From contig CAVTJJ010000006.1 of NCBI GenBank assembly GCA_963735035.1, forward strand, positions 448,001 to 512,000: a stretch of 64,000 bases of DNA, in the 5' to 3' direction. This stretch comes from an uncultured candidate division Zixibacteria bacterium. GTDB taxonomy: Bacteria; Zixibacteria; MSB-5A5; GN15; FEB-12. How positions within the stretch are numbered: the first letter of the stretch is position 1; every line of letters begins with the position of its first letter. The position numbers were made by a program, and so were the translations under genes. The notes under the pieces are model-generated. The model was not told where the DNA came from and ran no database searches. It saw only the letters and a program-made list of their open reading frames with translations. Shown one piece after another: positions 30,120 through 40,879 of the stretch.

Positions 30120-32681
30120 CTACCACCAGCTTATCAGCTTGGGTTTGCAGGTATGGAGCAGATTGTCGTTACGCGGGACCACACGAGCGGTGATGCCGAA
30201 CCGTCCGGATTCCTGACAGATCACCTCGCCCCGATAGCCATACACACCGCGATCACTTTGTGGCGAGCCGTTGAGCTGGGCAATCGACGGCGAAAATTCG
30301 AGGAACTGCTCCTGGGAGTTGAGCTGACCGGAGACGATCTGCACGGTGACGTCGTCCGGAGTGATTTCGCCCAGGTCCACTTTGATCGTAACCAGGACTT
30401 TCTCGCCAACCTGCACGGTGCCGGTCGATTCGGGGAACTCGATATCGCGTATAGTGATGCGCTCCCAGCTTCGAGTCACCCTTTCTACCCAGGTTGTTAC
30501 TTCCTTAGTTAGAGCGTAACTGTCGTTACGGAGCCGACGGGCAGCTTCCAGGGCCGGGATGTAGAACTGATTGGTGTAGTCCATCAGCATCCGCTGGGCC
30601 GAGAATTTTTCACCCGTCTTGTGGATCGCGGATTTCATTCGCGACAACCACTCTTCCGGAATGTCGATATCGCTCCGGTCGTAGAACATCGGGATTATTT
30701 CCCGCTCCAGAACGTTGTAGAGCGCCTCGGCTTCGAGTTGATCCTGCACCTTGACGTTGTCGTATTCTTCGCCGTTGCCGATCTTGAAACCGCTTTCGTC
30801 GTCATAACCTTCAGCCCACCAGCCGTCCAGAATCGAGGCGTTGAGCACGCCGTTGAGGGCAGCCTTCATGCCTGAAGTCCCCGAGGCTTCCTGGGGCCGG
30901 CGCGGGTTATTAAGCCAGACGTCAGCGCCCTGAACGAGATACCGGGCGACGTTTATATCATAGTCTTCGAGAAATACGATGCGATTCCGGAAACGGGGCT
31001 CGCCGGCAAAGCTGGTGATATGCTTGATGATCTCCTTGCCGGGAGTGTCCAGTGGGTGGGCCTTACCGGAGATGATAAACTGAACCGGGCGATCATCGTC
31101 CTGAACGATCTTGGCCAGCCGATCCGGGTCGAAGAAGAGCAAGTCGCCGCGTTTGTAAGTGGAGAAGCGGCGCGCAAATCCGATCGTTAGTGCCTGAGGA
31201 TCCAGGAACTGATCGGCCTTTTGAGTTTCGGCCAGAGTAGCACCGCGTCTCTGAAGCTGCGTCTTGATCCGCTTGCGGGCGAAATAAACGAGACGTTCAC
31301 GACGGCGGTTGTGAACGCGCCAGAGCTCGACATCCGGCATGCTGTTAGCTTTCTGCCAGACTTCGGGAGCGCCCGGCTGTTCGATAAAGCGGGGGCCGAA
31401 ATACGATTCGTAGAGCTCTTTCATGTCGTGCGAAATCCAGGATGCCGGGTGGACGCCGTTAGTAATCGCCCGGATAGGCGCTTCCTGGCTGGGCAGGTTT
31501 GGCCAGATGTTGTGCCACATTTCTCTCGAGACCCGCGCGTGGAGTTCCGATACGCCGTTGCAGAAGGCCGAGGACTTGAGCGCCGCGACAGTCATGCCGA
31601 AATGCTCGGCGTCGTCTGACGGATTCACCCGCCCGACACTCAAGAACTGATTCCAATCCATGCCCAGGTTGGCCACCATGTCACCCAGATAACGGCGGAT
31701 AAGTACGGGGTCGAACTTCTCGTTGCCGGCCGGCACCGGGGTATGGGTGGTGAATACCGTCGTTGACCAGACAAACTGCAGCGCTTCCGACAGACTCAGG
31801 CCCTTGTCATGAATTAGATGTCTCAAACGCTCGAGCGTGAGGAACCAGGAGTGGCCCTCGTTGCAGTGTACGACGCTGTCACTGATCCCCAGCGCTCTGA
31901 GGGCGATAACGCCGCCCACGCCCAGGACGATTTCCTGGCGGATGCGCATATCTTTGTCGCCGCCGTACAAGACCGAAGTTATCTCACGGGCCTTTGAAGA
32001 ATTCTCAGGAATGTTCGTGTCCAGCAAGTAGAGCGGCACCAGACCGACATTGACTTTCCAGATTTGGATCTGAACCGGGACATTGTCCAAAACGATAGAT
32101 ACCCGGATTGGGTGGTCGTTTTCATCTTTGACCAGTTGCACCGGCATGTGGTACCAGTCGTTTTCTTCGTACCGTTCCTGCTGCCAGCCGTCGGCCGACA
32201 GAAACTGCCTGAAGTAGCCGTACCGGTAGAGTAGTCCGACTGCGACCATTGGCAGGCCAAGGTCCGATGCCGATTTTAGAGTGTCGCCGGAAAGGACTCC
32301 CAGACCGCCGGAGTAGACGGGAAGCCCGGTATCCAAACCGTATTCCAGGGAGAAATAGATGAGGTGCTCTTTTTCATAGTCGGGGTACTTGAAATGGAAC
32401 CAGCGTTCCCGAGTAAGATACTCTTGATACTGATTGTAGACCCGGTCCAGGCTGGCGATAAAAGCCTCATCCTGAGCAGCTTCTTCAAGTCGCTGTTGCG
32501 GCAGCTTGGAGAGCATGAAAACCGGATTCTGGTAGCATTGCTCCCACATGTCGGCGTCGAGTCGAATAAACAGCCGAACCACATCCCAACTCCAGGAGTA
32601 CCAGAGATTGTTGGCTAGTTCTTCGAGCCGGGCGAGGCGTGTGGGTAGCTTAGGAAGGACGAGAAGTTGTTTTACGCGCAT
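30120..32681 (-). CDS. glgP: alpha-glucan (glycogen) phosphorylase
   Basis: YSGGLGVLSGD, HCNEGH, FTTHTPVPAG, GFARRFSTYKR, EASGTSGMK. Confidence 0.97.
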   Translation of the reverse strand: MRVKQLLVLPKLPTRLARLEELANNLWYSWSWDVVRLFIRLDADMWEQCYQNPVFMLSKLPQQRLEEAAQDEAFIASLDRVYNQYQEYLTRERWFHFKYPDYEKEHLIYFSLEYGLDTGLPVYSGGLGVLSGDTLKSASDLGLPMVAVGLLYRYGYFRQFLSADGWQQERYEENDWYHMPVQLVKDENDHPIRVSIVLDNVPVQIQIWKVNVGLVPLYLLDTNIPENSSKAREITSVLYGGDKDMRIRQEIVLGVGGVIALRALGISDSVVHCNEGHSWFLTLERLRHLIHDKGLSLSEALQFVWSTTVFTTHTPVPAGNEKFDPVLIRRYLGDMVANLGMDWNQFLSVGRVNPSDDAEHFGMTVAALKSSAFCNGVSELHARVSREMWHNIWPNLPSQEAPIRAITNGVHPASWISHDMKELYESYFGPRFIEQPGAPEVWQKANSMPDVELWRVHNRRRERLVYFARKRIKTQLQRRGATLAETQKADQFLDPQALTIGFARRFSTYKRGDLLFFDPDRLAKIVQDDDRPVQFIISGKAHPLDTPGKEIIKHITSFAGEPRFRNRIVFLEDYDINVARYLVQGADVWLNNPRRPQEASGTSGMKAALNGVLNASILDGWWAEGYDDESGFKIGNGEEYDNVKVQDQLEAEALYNVLEREIIPMFYDRSDIDIPEEWLSRMKSAIHKTGEKFSAQRMLMDYTNQFYIPALEAARRLRNDSYALTKEVTTWVERVTRSWERITIRDIEFPESTGTVQVGEKVLVTIKVDLGEITPDDVTVQIVSGQLNSQEQFLEFSPSIAQLNGSPQSDRGVYGYRGEVICQESGRFGITARVVPRNDNLLHTCKPKLISWW

Positions 32682-32892
32682 ATGTTAGTTCCATCTAAAG
32701 CCTGGCGACCTGATCCGTCAGGTCTGAGGTTATTATCGTAAGAACAAACCCGGGGACACAACAAATTCCTTTTTCTGGAACCCTTTGACCAACCCCGGCG
32801 ACCAGACCTGTTTTATATACTAAAATCGGCTCATTCCGCGTAAGTTTGAGCCGATCCTAGCGTTAAAGGCAAGCTTTAGGAACTTAATTGGT

Positions 32893-34038
32893 ATGAAACG
32901 ATCAAAAAGAGTCGGAATTCTCACCGGCGGGGGCGATTGCCCCGGTCTCAATGCGGTGATCAGTGCGATTGTCAAGACTGCAGAGCATGACTACGACTGG
33001 GAAGTAGTCGGCTTCTTGGATGGATATGAAGGGGTAGTAGAGAACCGCTACATGAATCTGGGCTTGAAGGATGTGTCAGGAATTATGGCACAGGGCGGAA
33101 CGATTCTGGGAACTTCGAACCGGGCCAACCCGTTCCGTTTCCCGGTTTTGCAGGACGAAGAGTATGTCTATCTGGATCGTTCTTCTCAGGCCTTACGGAA
33201 TTTTGAAGCCCTCGGTTTGGAGATGCTGATTGCGATCGGCGGCGACGGCACCATGGCGGCTTCAGCCGAACTGATGAACAAGGGGCTGCCGGTTGTCGGA
33301 GTGCCCAAGACCATCGACAACGATCTGCGCGGAACCGATGTCACGTTCGGTTTCGATTCGGCCCTGAGTGTAGCCACGGATGCCGTCGATCGGATACACA
33401 CTACGGCGCAGTCGCATCACCGGATCATGATTGTCGAAGTGATGGGACGTTATGCCGGGTGGATCGCACTCGGCGCGGGACTGGCTGGCGGCGGTGACAT
33501 TATTCTGATTCCCGAAGTACCGTACGATGTCGACGCGATCTGTGATCGCATCAAGGCTCGGAATTCCAGAGGCAAACGATTTTCGATAATCGTGGCCGGC
33601 GAAGGTGCAAAACCGCACGGCGGCGACATGGTGATCCAGCGGCGAGTGGCCAACTCACCCGATCCAATCCGACTGGGCGGCATATCCAACCAACTGGCGG
33701 CCCAGCTCGAAGGGCTATTGAACATCGAAGCGCGCGTAACAATCCTGGGCCACCTTCTTCGCGGCGGATCACCTACCGCCTTCGATCGGATTCTGGCGAC
33801 CCGCTTCGGAGCCGAGGCGATGCGCCAGGTCGTCGAAGGCAACTCGGGCATGATGGTCTGTCTCAAGGGCACGGACGTCTCAACCGTCCCGATTCGCGAC
33901 GTGGCCGGCAACATAAGACGAGTTGGACCGGAACATGACTGGGTGCGGACCGCTATGTCGGTCGGTATTTCGCTCGGGTTCGGCCCCGAAGTGCCGGTCG
34001 AGCAGGCTTTTGAAAATGCCACGGTGGTCAAGAGGTAG
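32893..34038 (+). CDS. pfkA: 6-phosphofructokinase (PfkA family, group III-like)
   Basis: TGGGDCPGLN, GGTILGT, IGGDGT, PKTIDND, EVMGR, LGHLLRGG. Confidence 0.95.
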   Translation: MKRSKRVGILTGGGDCPGLNAVISAIVKTAEHDYDWEVVGFLDGYEGVVENRYMNLGLKDVSGIMAQGGTILGTSNRANPFRFPVLQDEEYVYLDRSSQALRNFEALGLEMLIAIGGDGTMAASAELMNKGLPVVGVPKTIDNDLRGTDVTFGFDSALSVATDAVDRIHTTAQSHHRIMIVEVMGRYAGWIALGAGLAGGGDIILIPEVPYDVDAICDRIKARNSRGKRFSIIVAGEGAKPHGGDMVIQRRVANSPDPIRLGGISNQLAAQLEGLLNIEARVTILGHLLRGGSPTAFDRILATRFGAEAMRQVVEGNSGMMVCLKGTDVSTVPIRDVAGNIRRVGPEHDWVRTAMSVGISLGFGPEVPVEQAFENATVVKR

Positions 34039-34085
34039 CTGTATTTCTTTCCCGCATAGCGCGGCTGTCATAGGAGGCAGACGGA

Positions 34086-35471
34086 TTGATCAAACTCGCA
34101 TTTCACGGGGCGGCCGAAACGGTAACCGGTTCAAAGTATTTGGTGGAGGTCGATGGCTCATCGGTATTGGTCGACTGCGGAATGTTCCAGGGCGACCGGA
34201 CGCTCAGACAGCGTAACTGGGATGCCCCCCCTTTCAACCCCAAGACTCTTGATGCGATCATCCTGACTCACGCCCACATCGATCACCTGGGATATCTGCC
34301 GAGACTAGTGCGACAGGGTTATTCTGGGATAGTGTACGCTACCCCGCCGACCGCCGACCTGGCCGGCATTTCCCTTTTGGACAGCGCCGAGCTACAAGAA
34401 GAAGATGCGGCATGGCGCAATAAGAAGAAGATCACGCGTCACGAGACCGCTTTACCGTTGTTCACGGTTGAGGATGCCGAGAAGTCACTTCAGATGTTCC
34501 GTTCGGCTCAGTTCATGACCTGGGTAAAAGTCAGCGATAGTCTGCGGTTCCGCTATCACCCGGCCGGGCACATTCTGGGAGCGGCCGCGGTAGAGATAGA
34601 GGCACGTTCCAACGGCGATCGCAAGACGATTCTCTTCTCGGGCGATGTCGGTCGGTACGGCAATCCTCTAACAGTTGATCCGGCCGAGCCGCCGCGCTGC
34701 GACTACCTGGTTTGTGAATCCACCTATGGTGGACGATTACACGAGCCGGAGGATCCACGCGGGATGTTGATTGAGCTCATCAATGATGTCGTGAAGCGTA
34801 AGAGTGTCCTGCTGATTCCGGCCTTTGCCGTCGGACGGGCGCAGCAGATCACTTACCTCATAAATGAACTGCACCAGTACAAGCTGGTGCCGAAGATCGA
34901 TATTCATATCGACTCGCCTATGGCGGTTCTCGCGACGGACGTGTATAGGAAGTACCACGGTTTTCACGGGGTGGATACGTCGAAGTTTGAAGGCACCGAT
35001 TGTCTGCTCGACGCCGACAATGTCTTCTTGCACCGCAAGCGGGAGTCATCCAAACAGTTGAATTCGCTCAAAGGCCCGGCAGTCATTATTTCGTCCAGTG
35101 GCATGCTCACCGGGGGACGTATCATGCACCACCTGATGCTGCGTATCGGCGACCCCAACACGACTATCGCGCTGGTCGGATATATGGCGGCGGGCACACG
35201 CGGCCGACAGTTGGCCGAAGGAGCAACGGAGCTGAGCATTCATAAACAGATATTCCCGGTAAAGGCGAAAGTGGTCAATTTCCACGGTCTGTCCGGCCAC
35301 GCCGATTTCTATGAAATCCTTCACTGGCTCGAACCTATGCGGGAAGCCCCCAGGAAAGTATTCGTGACTCACGGCGAGCCCGATCAGGCCGCGGCCATGG
35401 CGCAGCATTTCACGAAAGAGCGGGGCTGGGATTGTCACATCCCGAAACTCGGAGAAACCGCCGAACTCTAA
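34086..35471 (+). CDS. MBL-fold beta-CASP RNA-processing nuclease
   Basis: GAAETVTGS, THAHIDH, AGHILG, FSGDVG, ESTYG, PAFAVGR, LSGHAD, VTHGE. Confidence 0.93.
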   Translation: MIKLAFHGAAETVTGSKYLVEVDGSSVLVDCGMFQGDRTLRQRNWDAPPFNPKTLDAIILTHAHIDHLGYLPRLVRQGYSGIVYATPPTADLAGISLLDSAELQEEDAAWRNKKKITRHETALPLFTVEDAEKSLQMFRSAQFMTWVKVSDSLRFRYHPAGHILGAAAVEIEARSNGDRKTILFSGDVGRYGNPLTVDPAEPPRCDYLVCESTYGGRLHEPEDPRGMLIELINDVVKRKSVLLIPAFAVGRAQQITYLINELHQYKLVPKIDIHIDSPMAVLATDVYRKYHGFHGVDTSKFEGTDCLLDADNVFLHRKRESSKQLNSLKGPAVIISSSGMLTGGRIMHHLMLRIGDPNTTIALVGYMAAGTRGRQLAEGATELSIHKQIFPVKAKVVNFHGLSGHADFYEILHWLEPMREAPRKVFVTHGEPDQAAAMAQHFTKERGWDCHIPKLGETAEL

Positions 35472-35490
35472 ACAGATTTGAGTATATCGT

Positions 35491-36382
35491 ATGTCGTTGC
35501 ATCGAACGAAGAAGGAAAAAGACGCAATTGAAGTTCTGAAGAACTCGAAGGCGTACCGGGTGGCGTATAAAGACCTCGATTTTCTCGACAGTCCATACGC
35601 CCGCCCGTCGCGGCTTCAGCTTGAACTGCTCAAGACCGAATTCGGACTCCGCCAGCAGCAAATCAGATCGACCATCGTGGTGTTTGGCGGAACGCGCATA
35701 GTTGAACCGATCGACGCCCGCCTGCGGCTGAAACAGGCCGAGAACAGACTGAAAAAGAATCCAGGCGACCGAGAGTTGAAACGCGACCTGAAGATCGCCC
35801 AGTCGATTATGACCAAATCGGCGTTCTACGATGAAGCCAGGGAATTTGCCCGTCTGGTATCGGCCGAAGGACAAATGCGTAACGGCCATGAGTATGTCAT
35901 CGTCACCGGTGGCGGTCCGGGTGTGATGGAAGCCGCTAATCGGGGGGCGTACGATATCGGCGCCAAATCGGTCGGTTTGAACATCACTCTCCCCATGGAG
36001 CAGGAACCGAACCCGTATATCACCCCCGACCTATGTTTTCAATTCCACTATTTCGCCATTCGCAAGATGCATTTCATGCTTGCGTGCGCGGGCGCTGGTG
36101 GCATTCCCCGGCGGTTACGGCACCATGGATGAATTATTCGAAGGCCTGACACTGGTTCAGACGAAGAAGGTAGCGCCGCTTCCGATCGTCCTATTCGGCG
36201 AAGAGTACTGGCGTCGGTTGATCAATTTCGACTATCTGGTAGAGCAGGGGACAATCGCGAAGGAAGACCTGGAACTGTTCGTGTACACGGACAAAGCGCG
36301 TGACGCGTGGAACTACATCAAGTGCTTCTACGACGCCGCCGACGAGAACGGCCCAGCCGAGCGATCACTCTGGCGTCATTAG
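35491..36382 (+). pseudogene. LOG family nucleotide phosphoribohydrolase, one +1 frame break at ~36082
   Basis: TGGGPGVMEAANRGA and FHYFAIRKMHF, then FPGGYGTMDELFE in the +1 frame. Confidence 0.9.
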
Positions 36383-37176
36383 ACGCATACTATTGTTTCA
36401 GAAAAGCCTCGCTTCCGAAGGTGCTCCAGCATATGCGGCCGGAGGACCGAGTTGTCGTCGCTGGCCAGGCGACGGGCTGAATGCTCTGACCAGGAGTAGG
36501 TCCCGGCGAAATTCGGGTAGCGGGACTTTTCCACTTCGCGCCCTTCGAGAATTCCTGATTCAGTTATGATGCGATCGTATTCGGCGACGGCGCCATTGAT
36601 GACCCCATCATCGTACTTCTCCGGAAAACAGAGTCCGGCCAATGGCAATCGCGGTTTGATCTGTGCGGGTCCGGCGGGATAACCCAGGGACATACCCATC
36701 AGGGGGTAAACGAGCTGCGGGAGACTGAGAAGCTCAGCCACTTCATCGGCTTTGTTCCTAATGCCTCCAACCATCACGCCGCCAAGTCCCAACGCCTGGG
36801 CAGCCGTGAGTGCCCGATCAGCGGCCAGGGCGGCGTCGACTGTGGCGACGATGAACATCTCCGCATAATCAGTGTGGCTGGAATAGTCGCGTTGATCAGT
36901 CAACCGCTTCAGACGATAAAGATCTGCACAGAAGACCAGGAACAATGGACATGCGGCGACATGAGATTGATTGCCACAACATACTGCCAGCTTCTCTTTC
37001 GTGGTCCGGTCGCGAACAGTTATGATGGAATAGGCGTGTAGGTTGGAGGAAGTAGGGGAGCGTTCGGCGGTCGCACAAATGGTACGTTCCATTTCAGGTG
37101 TGATTGCCTGTTCAGTGAACTTTCGCACCGAGGCATGGCTGCTGAGAAACTCGATCAATTCAGAAGGTTTGGTCAT
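36379..37176 (-). CDS. NfsA/Frp-family NADPH-dependent nitroreductase
   Basis: HASVRKF, SPTSSNL, VFCADL, GGIRN, GMSLGYP, KPRLP. Confidence 0.92.
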   Translation of the reverse strand: MTKPSELIEFLSSHASVRKFTEQAITPEMERTICATAERSPTSSNLHAYSIITVRDRTTKEKLAVCCGNQSHVAACPLFLVFCADLYRLKRLTDQRDYSSHTDYAEMFIVATVDAALAADRALTAAQALGLGGVMVGGIRNKADEVAELLSLPQLVYPLMGMSLGYPAGPAQIKPRLPLAGLCFPEKYDDGVINGAVAEYDRIITESGILEGREVEKSRYPNFAGTYSWSEHSARRLASDDNSVLRPHMLEHLRKRGFSETIVCV

Positions 37177-37187
37177 ATCTACTTTCT

Positions 37188-37221
37188 ACAAGAAGAGGCC
37201 GGGTCTTTATGACCCGGCCTC
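37188..37221 (-). terminator. intrinsic terminator after the zinc metalloprotease
   Basis: Perfect 11-bp stem GAGGCCGGGTC/GACCCGGCCTC followed by TTCTTG on the minus strand. Confidence 0.7.
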
Positions 37222-37266
37222 GAATATACGCTCAATCTAAAGCTGCTACAAGCTACGTGTCCTGGC

Positions 37267-39936
37267 CTAGAAGCCGAAGTAGTCGCGACGAGCGTTGCGA
37301 GCCGCTTCAATCTGACGGCTCACCTCTTTGAAGTGGGCCTTCGACATGGCATCGACCGAGGTGGAATTGGCCGCGCTCTTGGCGGCCTGGTCGAGGACGT
37401 CCAGATCGTTGGCCGCCAGGGTCAGGGCGTCGGAAGGATACACCGAGGCATTGCTGAGGTAGATGCTGATGATCCTCCTCAAATGGGCGAGCTGGAGTTG
37501 GCGACGGTAGCTGTTGACGTTACTCGGATTGATGACTTCGCCCCAGATCGCCCGGCGGACATCGGTGAAGAGATCGTACATGGTGTACTTCGGATCGCCG
37601 GTCGGAGTCTGGGTCTGGGTGTTGACCAGGCGCTGCAGAGTATACGGATGATATAGATTGTTGATGGCCGTAGCCTGAACATTCAGCACCCGCTCGTGCC
37701 AGGGAAAGGCTATCGGTGAAATATAGGCTGTGCCAAGAAAATCATCCGTCTGCACCGCTTGCAGCTTGTTGAGCAGTTCCGGCGGCAGGGCAAAAGCATC
37801 GGCCGCAAAGATCTTGTCGGCGAGGAACTGTACGGCGCGTCTCTGCTCAGCGGCGGGCACCGGCGTAAAAGGCACTGTTCCTCCGGGATCGCCAACATAC
37901 GCCTTGCTATGGTACAGGCCACCGACGTAATGCACCAGATTGCGCGCGGTCTCGATGTATGAGCGCCAGCCGCCCATGAATATTGTGCGGATCTTCTCGT
38001 AACTGACACCCGGCTTCTCGAATTCCTTGATGGCGTTATTCCACAGGTCTTGTGACATCTTGATCTTCATGTCACAGAAGGCAACGGGATCATTGCCCAT
38101 GTCGTGTCGTTCGACCAGAGGATCGACCGAGTAGCCGCTGAGATCGAAATCGGTGGCGTAGGCCAGTTCCGGCGCGCTGGTGCGCGATGCGATCTCATGG
38201 AGTTTTGTCTGCACTTCTTCCGGTGTAATCTTGCCGTACTCACTGTATCCGTACTCAACCATCAAGTCATCGTATGGACCTGGAACCGAGGCGAAGAATT
38301 CACCCTGGGGCATCCCTTTGGGGGAAATCAACGGCGGGTTGTAGTCCATGATCGTGCCGGAAGTACTGTGCTCGCGAGTGAAGTTGCGGTCGCGCAGCTG
38401 TTCGAGACTGTACACGGACGAGGCTTTGAAATTGTGCTTGAACCCAAGGGTGTGGCCGACCTCGTGAGCGATAAACTCCACCAGCGCGGAATAGACATAC
38501 ACACGTGTCAGCGAATCCTTGTTGGCAAAAGTACCTTCGGTGCTCAACAGGTAGGACAGTCCAAATGAGACATCCTCTGCCAGCTCTTCGGCATAAGTAC
38601 AGCGGCGGGGATCAATTTGAGTCTGGGCCTGGTTCTTCTCAGGCGCGGCCGCCTCATCCTGAATGTATTGGCCGTCAGGTCCGATCGGCTTGACCCACTG
38701 GTCGACAAGGTTGAACCAGAAGCGCATCAGGTCTACTGAAATACTGATATCGGCGTCGTAGATTTCGCCGGTGAAAGGGTTGGCTCGACTCGGACCAATC
38801 GCGTAGCCGGCGCCGGGGGAGACCATCCAGCGAATGGTGTTGTACCGTACGTCGAGCGGGTCCCAACTAACCGTGTCGGGCATCTGCTTGGCGATAATCG
38901 CGTTGCGAAATCCGATCTTCTCGAACGACTGGTTCCAAAATTCGACCGCTTCGGCGATCGCATCGCGATATTCAGCGGGAACGTCTTTGTCGATCCAGTA
39001 GACTATCGGTTCGACCGGCTCGGAAATCCGCGCATCGGGATTCTTCTTCTTCAGATTCCAACGTTCGATGTACCGTACGTACGGTGTCTCGGCGTCGAGT
39101 TTGGTGTAGTCCTGGTAGATCGTCTGGAAGAATCCCACCCGGTCGTCAGCCACACGAGGCACGTAGTCGGTCTTGGGTAGAGACGACAGCGAATAGTGAT
39201 AGGTGTGGAAGAAGCTCTCGCCGTTTTGGAAAGTGATGCCGGGCAGCTCATGGCTGGCGCTGAAATGCAGCTTTATGTCCAGCTCGGAGTTGTTCGGAAA
39301 CGACTTGATGGAACCATAGTAGCTGTTGGCGGCGTCGAAATTGACCCCCAGCCTTAGCATCTGTCCCAAAAAATAACCCACGTTGTCGGCGTCACGGATA
39401 AACAACTCGTCGGGCTCGACCAAGAACGCCTTGGTCGAATCTTGTTGTGGCTCCGATTTTATCGGCATAACCGCTACCAGGTGGTCCGAGATGCCTTTGC
39501 TGACCGCGTCCGCCATGCTGCTCGAACTGTCTGCTCGAAAGAGCAGGTTCTTCTCGATCATCTGGATGTTCTTGCCGACCCGTCGGAAATAGAACGGGAA
39601 AGAGCGGCCCATGGGGCCGGTGTCGTAAAGTGAACCGTCGGCCGTGCTCTTGGCTGAATTGCACAGGAAATAGGGGCCGATCTGGTCGGGCTTGATAGTC
39701 ATCAGAATGCTGTTGTCTACCGTGTCGCGGTAAAACGTGAACAGACCTTCAGTTACGACTCGATCCTTAATCAATTCCTTGAAGGGTTTGAAGCCATTGC
39801 CGGGCTTTGGCCGTCCTTTTTCGGCGTCGCCCGAACGATGCGAAGCCGAGGAATGGTCGCGAATCTGGGCGTCGACCGGATTGGTCAGGAACAGACCCAG
39901 TAGCAGAAATAAGACCGTCATTCGTCCTCTGGACAT
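37267..39936 (-). CDS. secreted zinc metalloprotease (EcxA/DUF4953-DUF5117-type metzincin)
   Basis: Signal peptide; PRVADDRVGFF, NPFTGEIYDADI, HEVGHTLGFKHNF, TIMDY; GGAGGA before ATG 39936. Confidence 0.9.
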   Translation of the reverse strand: MSRGRMTVLFLLLGLFLTNPVDAQIRDHSSASHRSGDAEKGRPKPGNGFKPFKELIKDRVVTEGLFTFYRDTVDNSILMTIKPDQIGPYFLCNSAKSTADGSLYDTGPMGRSFPFYFRRVGKNIQMIEKNLLFRADSSSSMADAVSKGISDHLVAVMPIKSEPQQDSTKAFLVEPDELFIRDADNVGYFLGQMLRLGVNFDAANSYYGSIKSFPNNSELDIKLHFSASHELPGITFQNGESFFHTYHYSLSSLPKTDYVPRVADDRVGFFQTIYQDYTKLDAETPYVRYIERWNLKKKNPDARISEPVEPIVYWIDKDVPAEYRDAIAEAVEFWNQSFEKIGFRNAIIAKQMPDTVSWDPLDVRYNTIRWMVSPGAGYAIGPSRANPFTGEIYDADISISVDLMRFWFNLVDQWVKPIGPDGQYIQDEAAAPEKNQAQTQIDPRRCTYAEELAEDVSFGLSYLLSTEGTFANKDSLTRVYVYSALVEFIAHEVGHTLGFKHNFKASSVYSLEQLRDRNFTREHSTSGTIMDYNPPLISPKGMPQGEFFASVPGPYDDLMVEYGYSEYGKITPEEVQTKLHEIASRTSAPELAYATDFDLSGYSVDPLVERHDMGNDPVAFCDMKIKMSQDLWNNAIKEFEKPGVSYEKIRTIFMGGWRSYIETARNLVHYVGGLYHSKAYVGDPGGTVPFTPVPAAEQRRAVQFLADKIFAADAFALPPELLNKLQAVQTDDFLGTAYISPIAFPWHERVLNVQATAINNLYHPYTLQRLVNTQTQTPTGDPKYTMYDLFTDVRRAIWGEVINPSNVNSYRRQLQLAHLRRIISIYLSNASVYPSDALTLAANDLDVLDQAAKSAANSTSVDAMSKAHFKEVSRQIEAARNARRDYFGF

Positions 39937-40123
39937 TATCTCCTCCAATGAGGTTAATCGTGAAAAGTGTTCTTCTTGGCACATAGATTTAGACGAGCAA
40001 AAGGGCCAGTTGATGCATTTTCAAATGTTAAAACGTAGCCGGTCTCTTGGCTTCTAAGTTGGGCGGAAGGAGTCCCATTGCTGCCGATGGCCGGGCTACT
40101 ACCCTTGGGTTCCGGGAGAAGGT

Positions 40124-40816
40124 TCACGGCTCCCCTTCCTCGTAACCTGCAGATTTCTCGTGAAGAGTTCGAAGTGGAACAAACCGTACTTCGTACAGTA
40201 CCCGCTTATCCACCTGACCGTGATCCTGCTCGACCAGAAAGAGTTGCTGGTTGCCGGGGTCGACGCCAACCGGTATGATCATCCGGCCGGTGTCGCCAAG
40301 CTGCCGAAGCAAGGCCGGGGGAATTGCCGACGCGGCGGCGGTCACTATGATGGCATCGAAAGGGGCGTTCTCGGGCCAGCCCTGCGAGCCGTCTCCCGCG
40401 ATGAAAGAAATGTTCTTATAGCCGAGTTGGCTCAGGCGCCGGACTGACTGCTCATGAAGTTCCGTGATCAATTCGATCGTGAATACCTGATCAACTAGTT
40501 CCGCCAGAACGGCCGTTTGGTAGCCGCATCCGGTGCCGATTTCGAGTACCCGGGAGTTTCTTTCAAGGTGCAACTCCTGGGTCATCGAGGCGACGATATA
40601 CGGTTGTGAAATGGTCTGATCGAAGCCGATTTCAAGCGGATGATCGCCGTAGGCCCGAGTCAGGTCTTCGTCTATCACAAACTTGTGCCGAGGTACGCGG
40701 CGCATCGCCGCCAGAACGGCCTCATTGTTGATCCCGCGACGAGTCAATTGTTCGTCGACCATCCGCAATCGCGCGGACAGGAGATCATTTTCAGATAGAC
40801 CGACATCGTGGTTCAT
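40124..40816 (-). CDS. pcm: protein-L-isoaspartate O-methyltransferase
   Basis: VPRHKFV, QTISQPY, VLEIGTGCGYQ, APFDAIIVTAA, VRFVPL. Confidence 0.97.
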   Translation of the reverse strand: MNHDVGLSENDLLSARLRMVDEQLTRRGINNEAVLAAMRRVPRHKFVIDEDLTRAYGDHPLEIGFDQTISQPYIVASMTQELHLERNSRVLEIGTGCGYQTAVLAELVDQVFTIELITELHEQSVRRLSQLGYKNISFIAGDGSQGWPENAPFDAIIVTAAASAIPPALLRQLGDTGRMIIPVGVDPGNQQLFLVEQDHGQVDKRVLYEVRFVPLRTLHEKSAGYEEGEP

Positions 40817-40879
40817 GTGCTTGGCGAAGATAAGACGCCGGCAGGGGAAGGAAAAGCCTTAACAGCAGGGGAAATGAGA

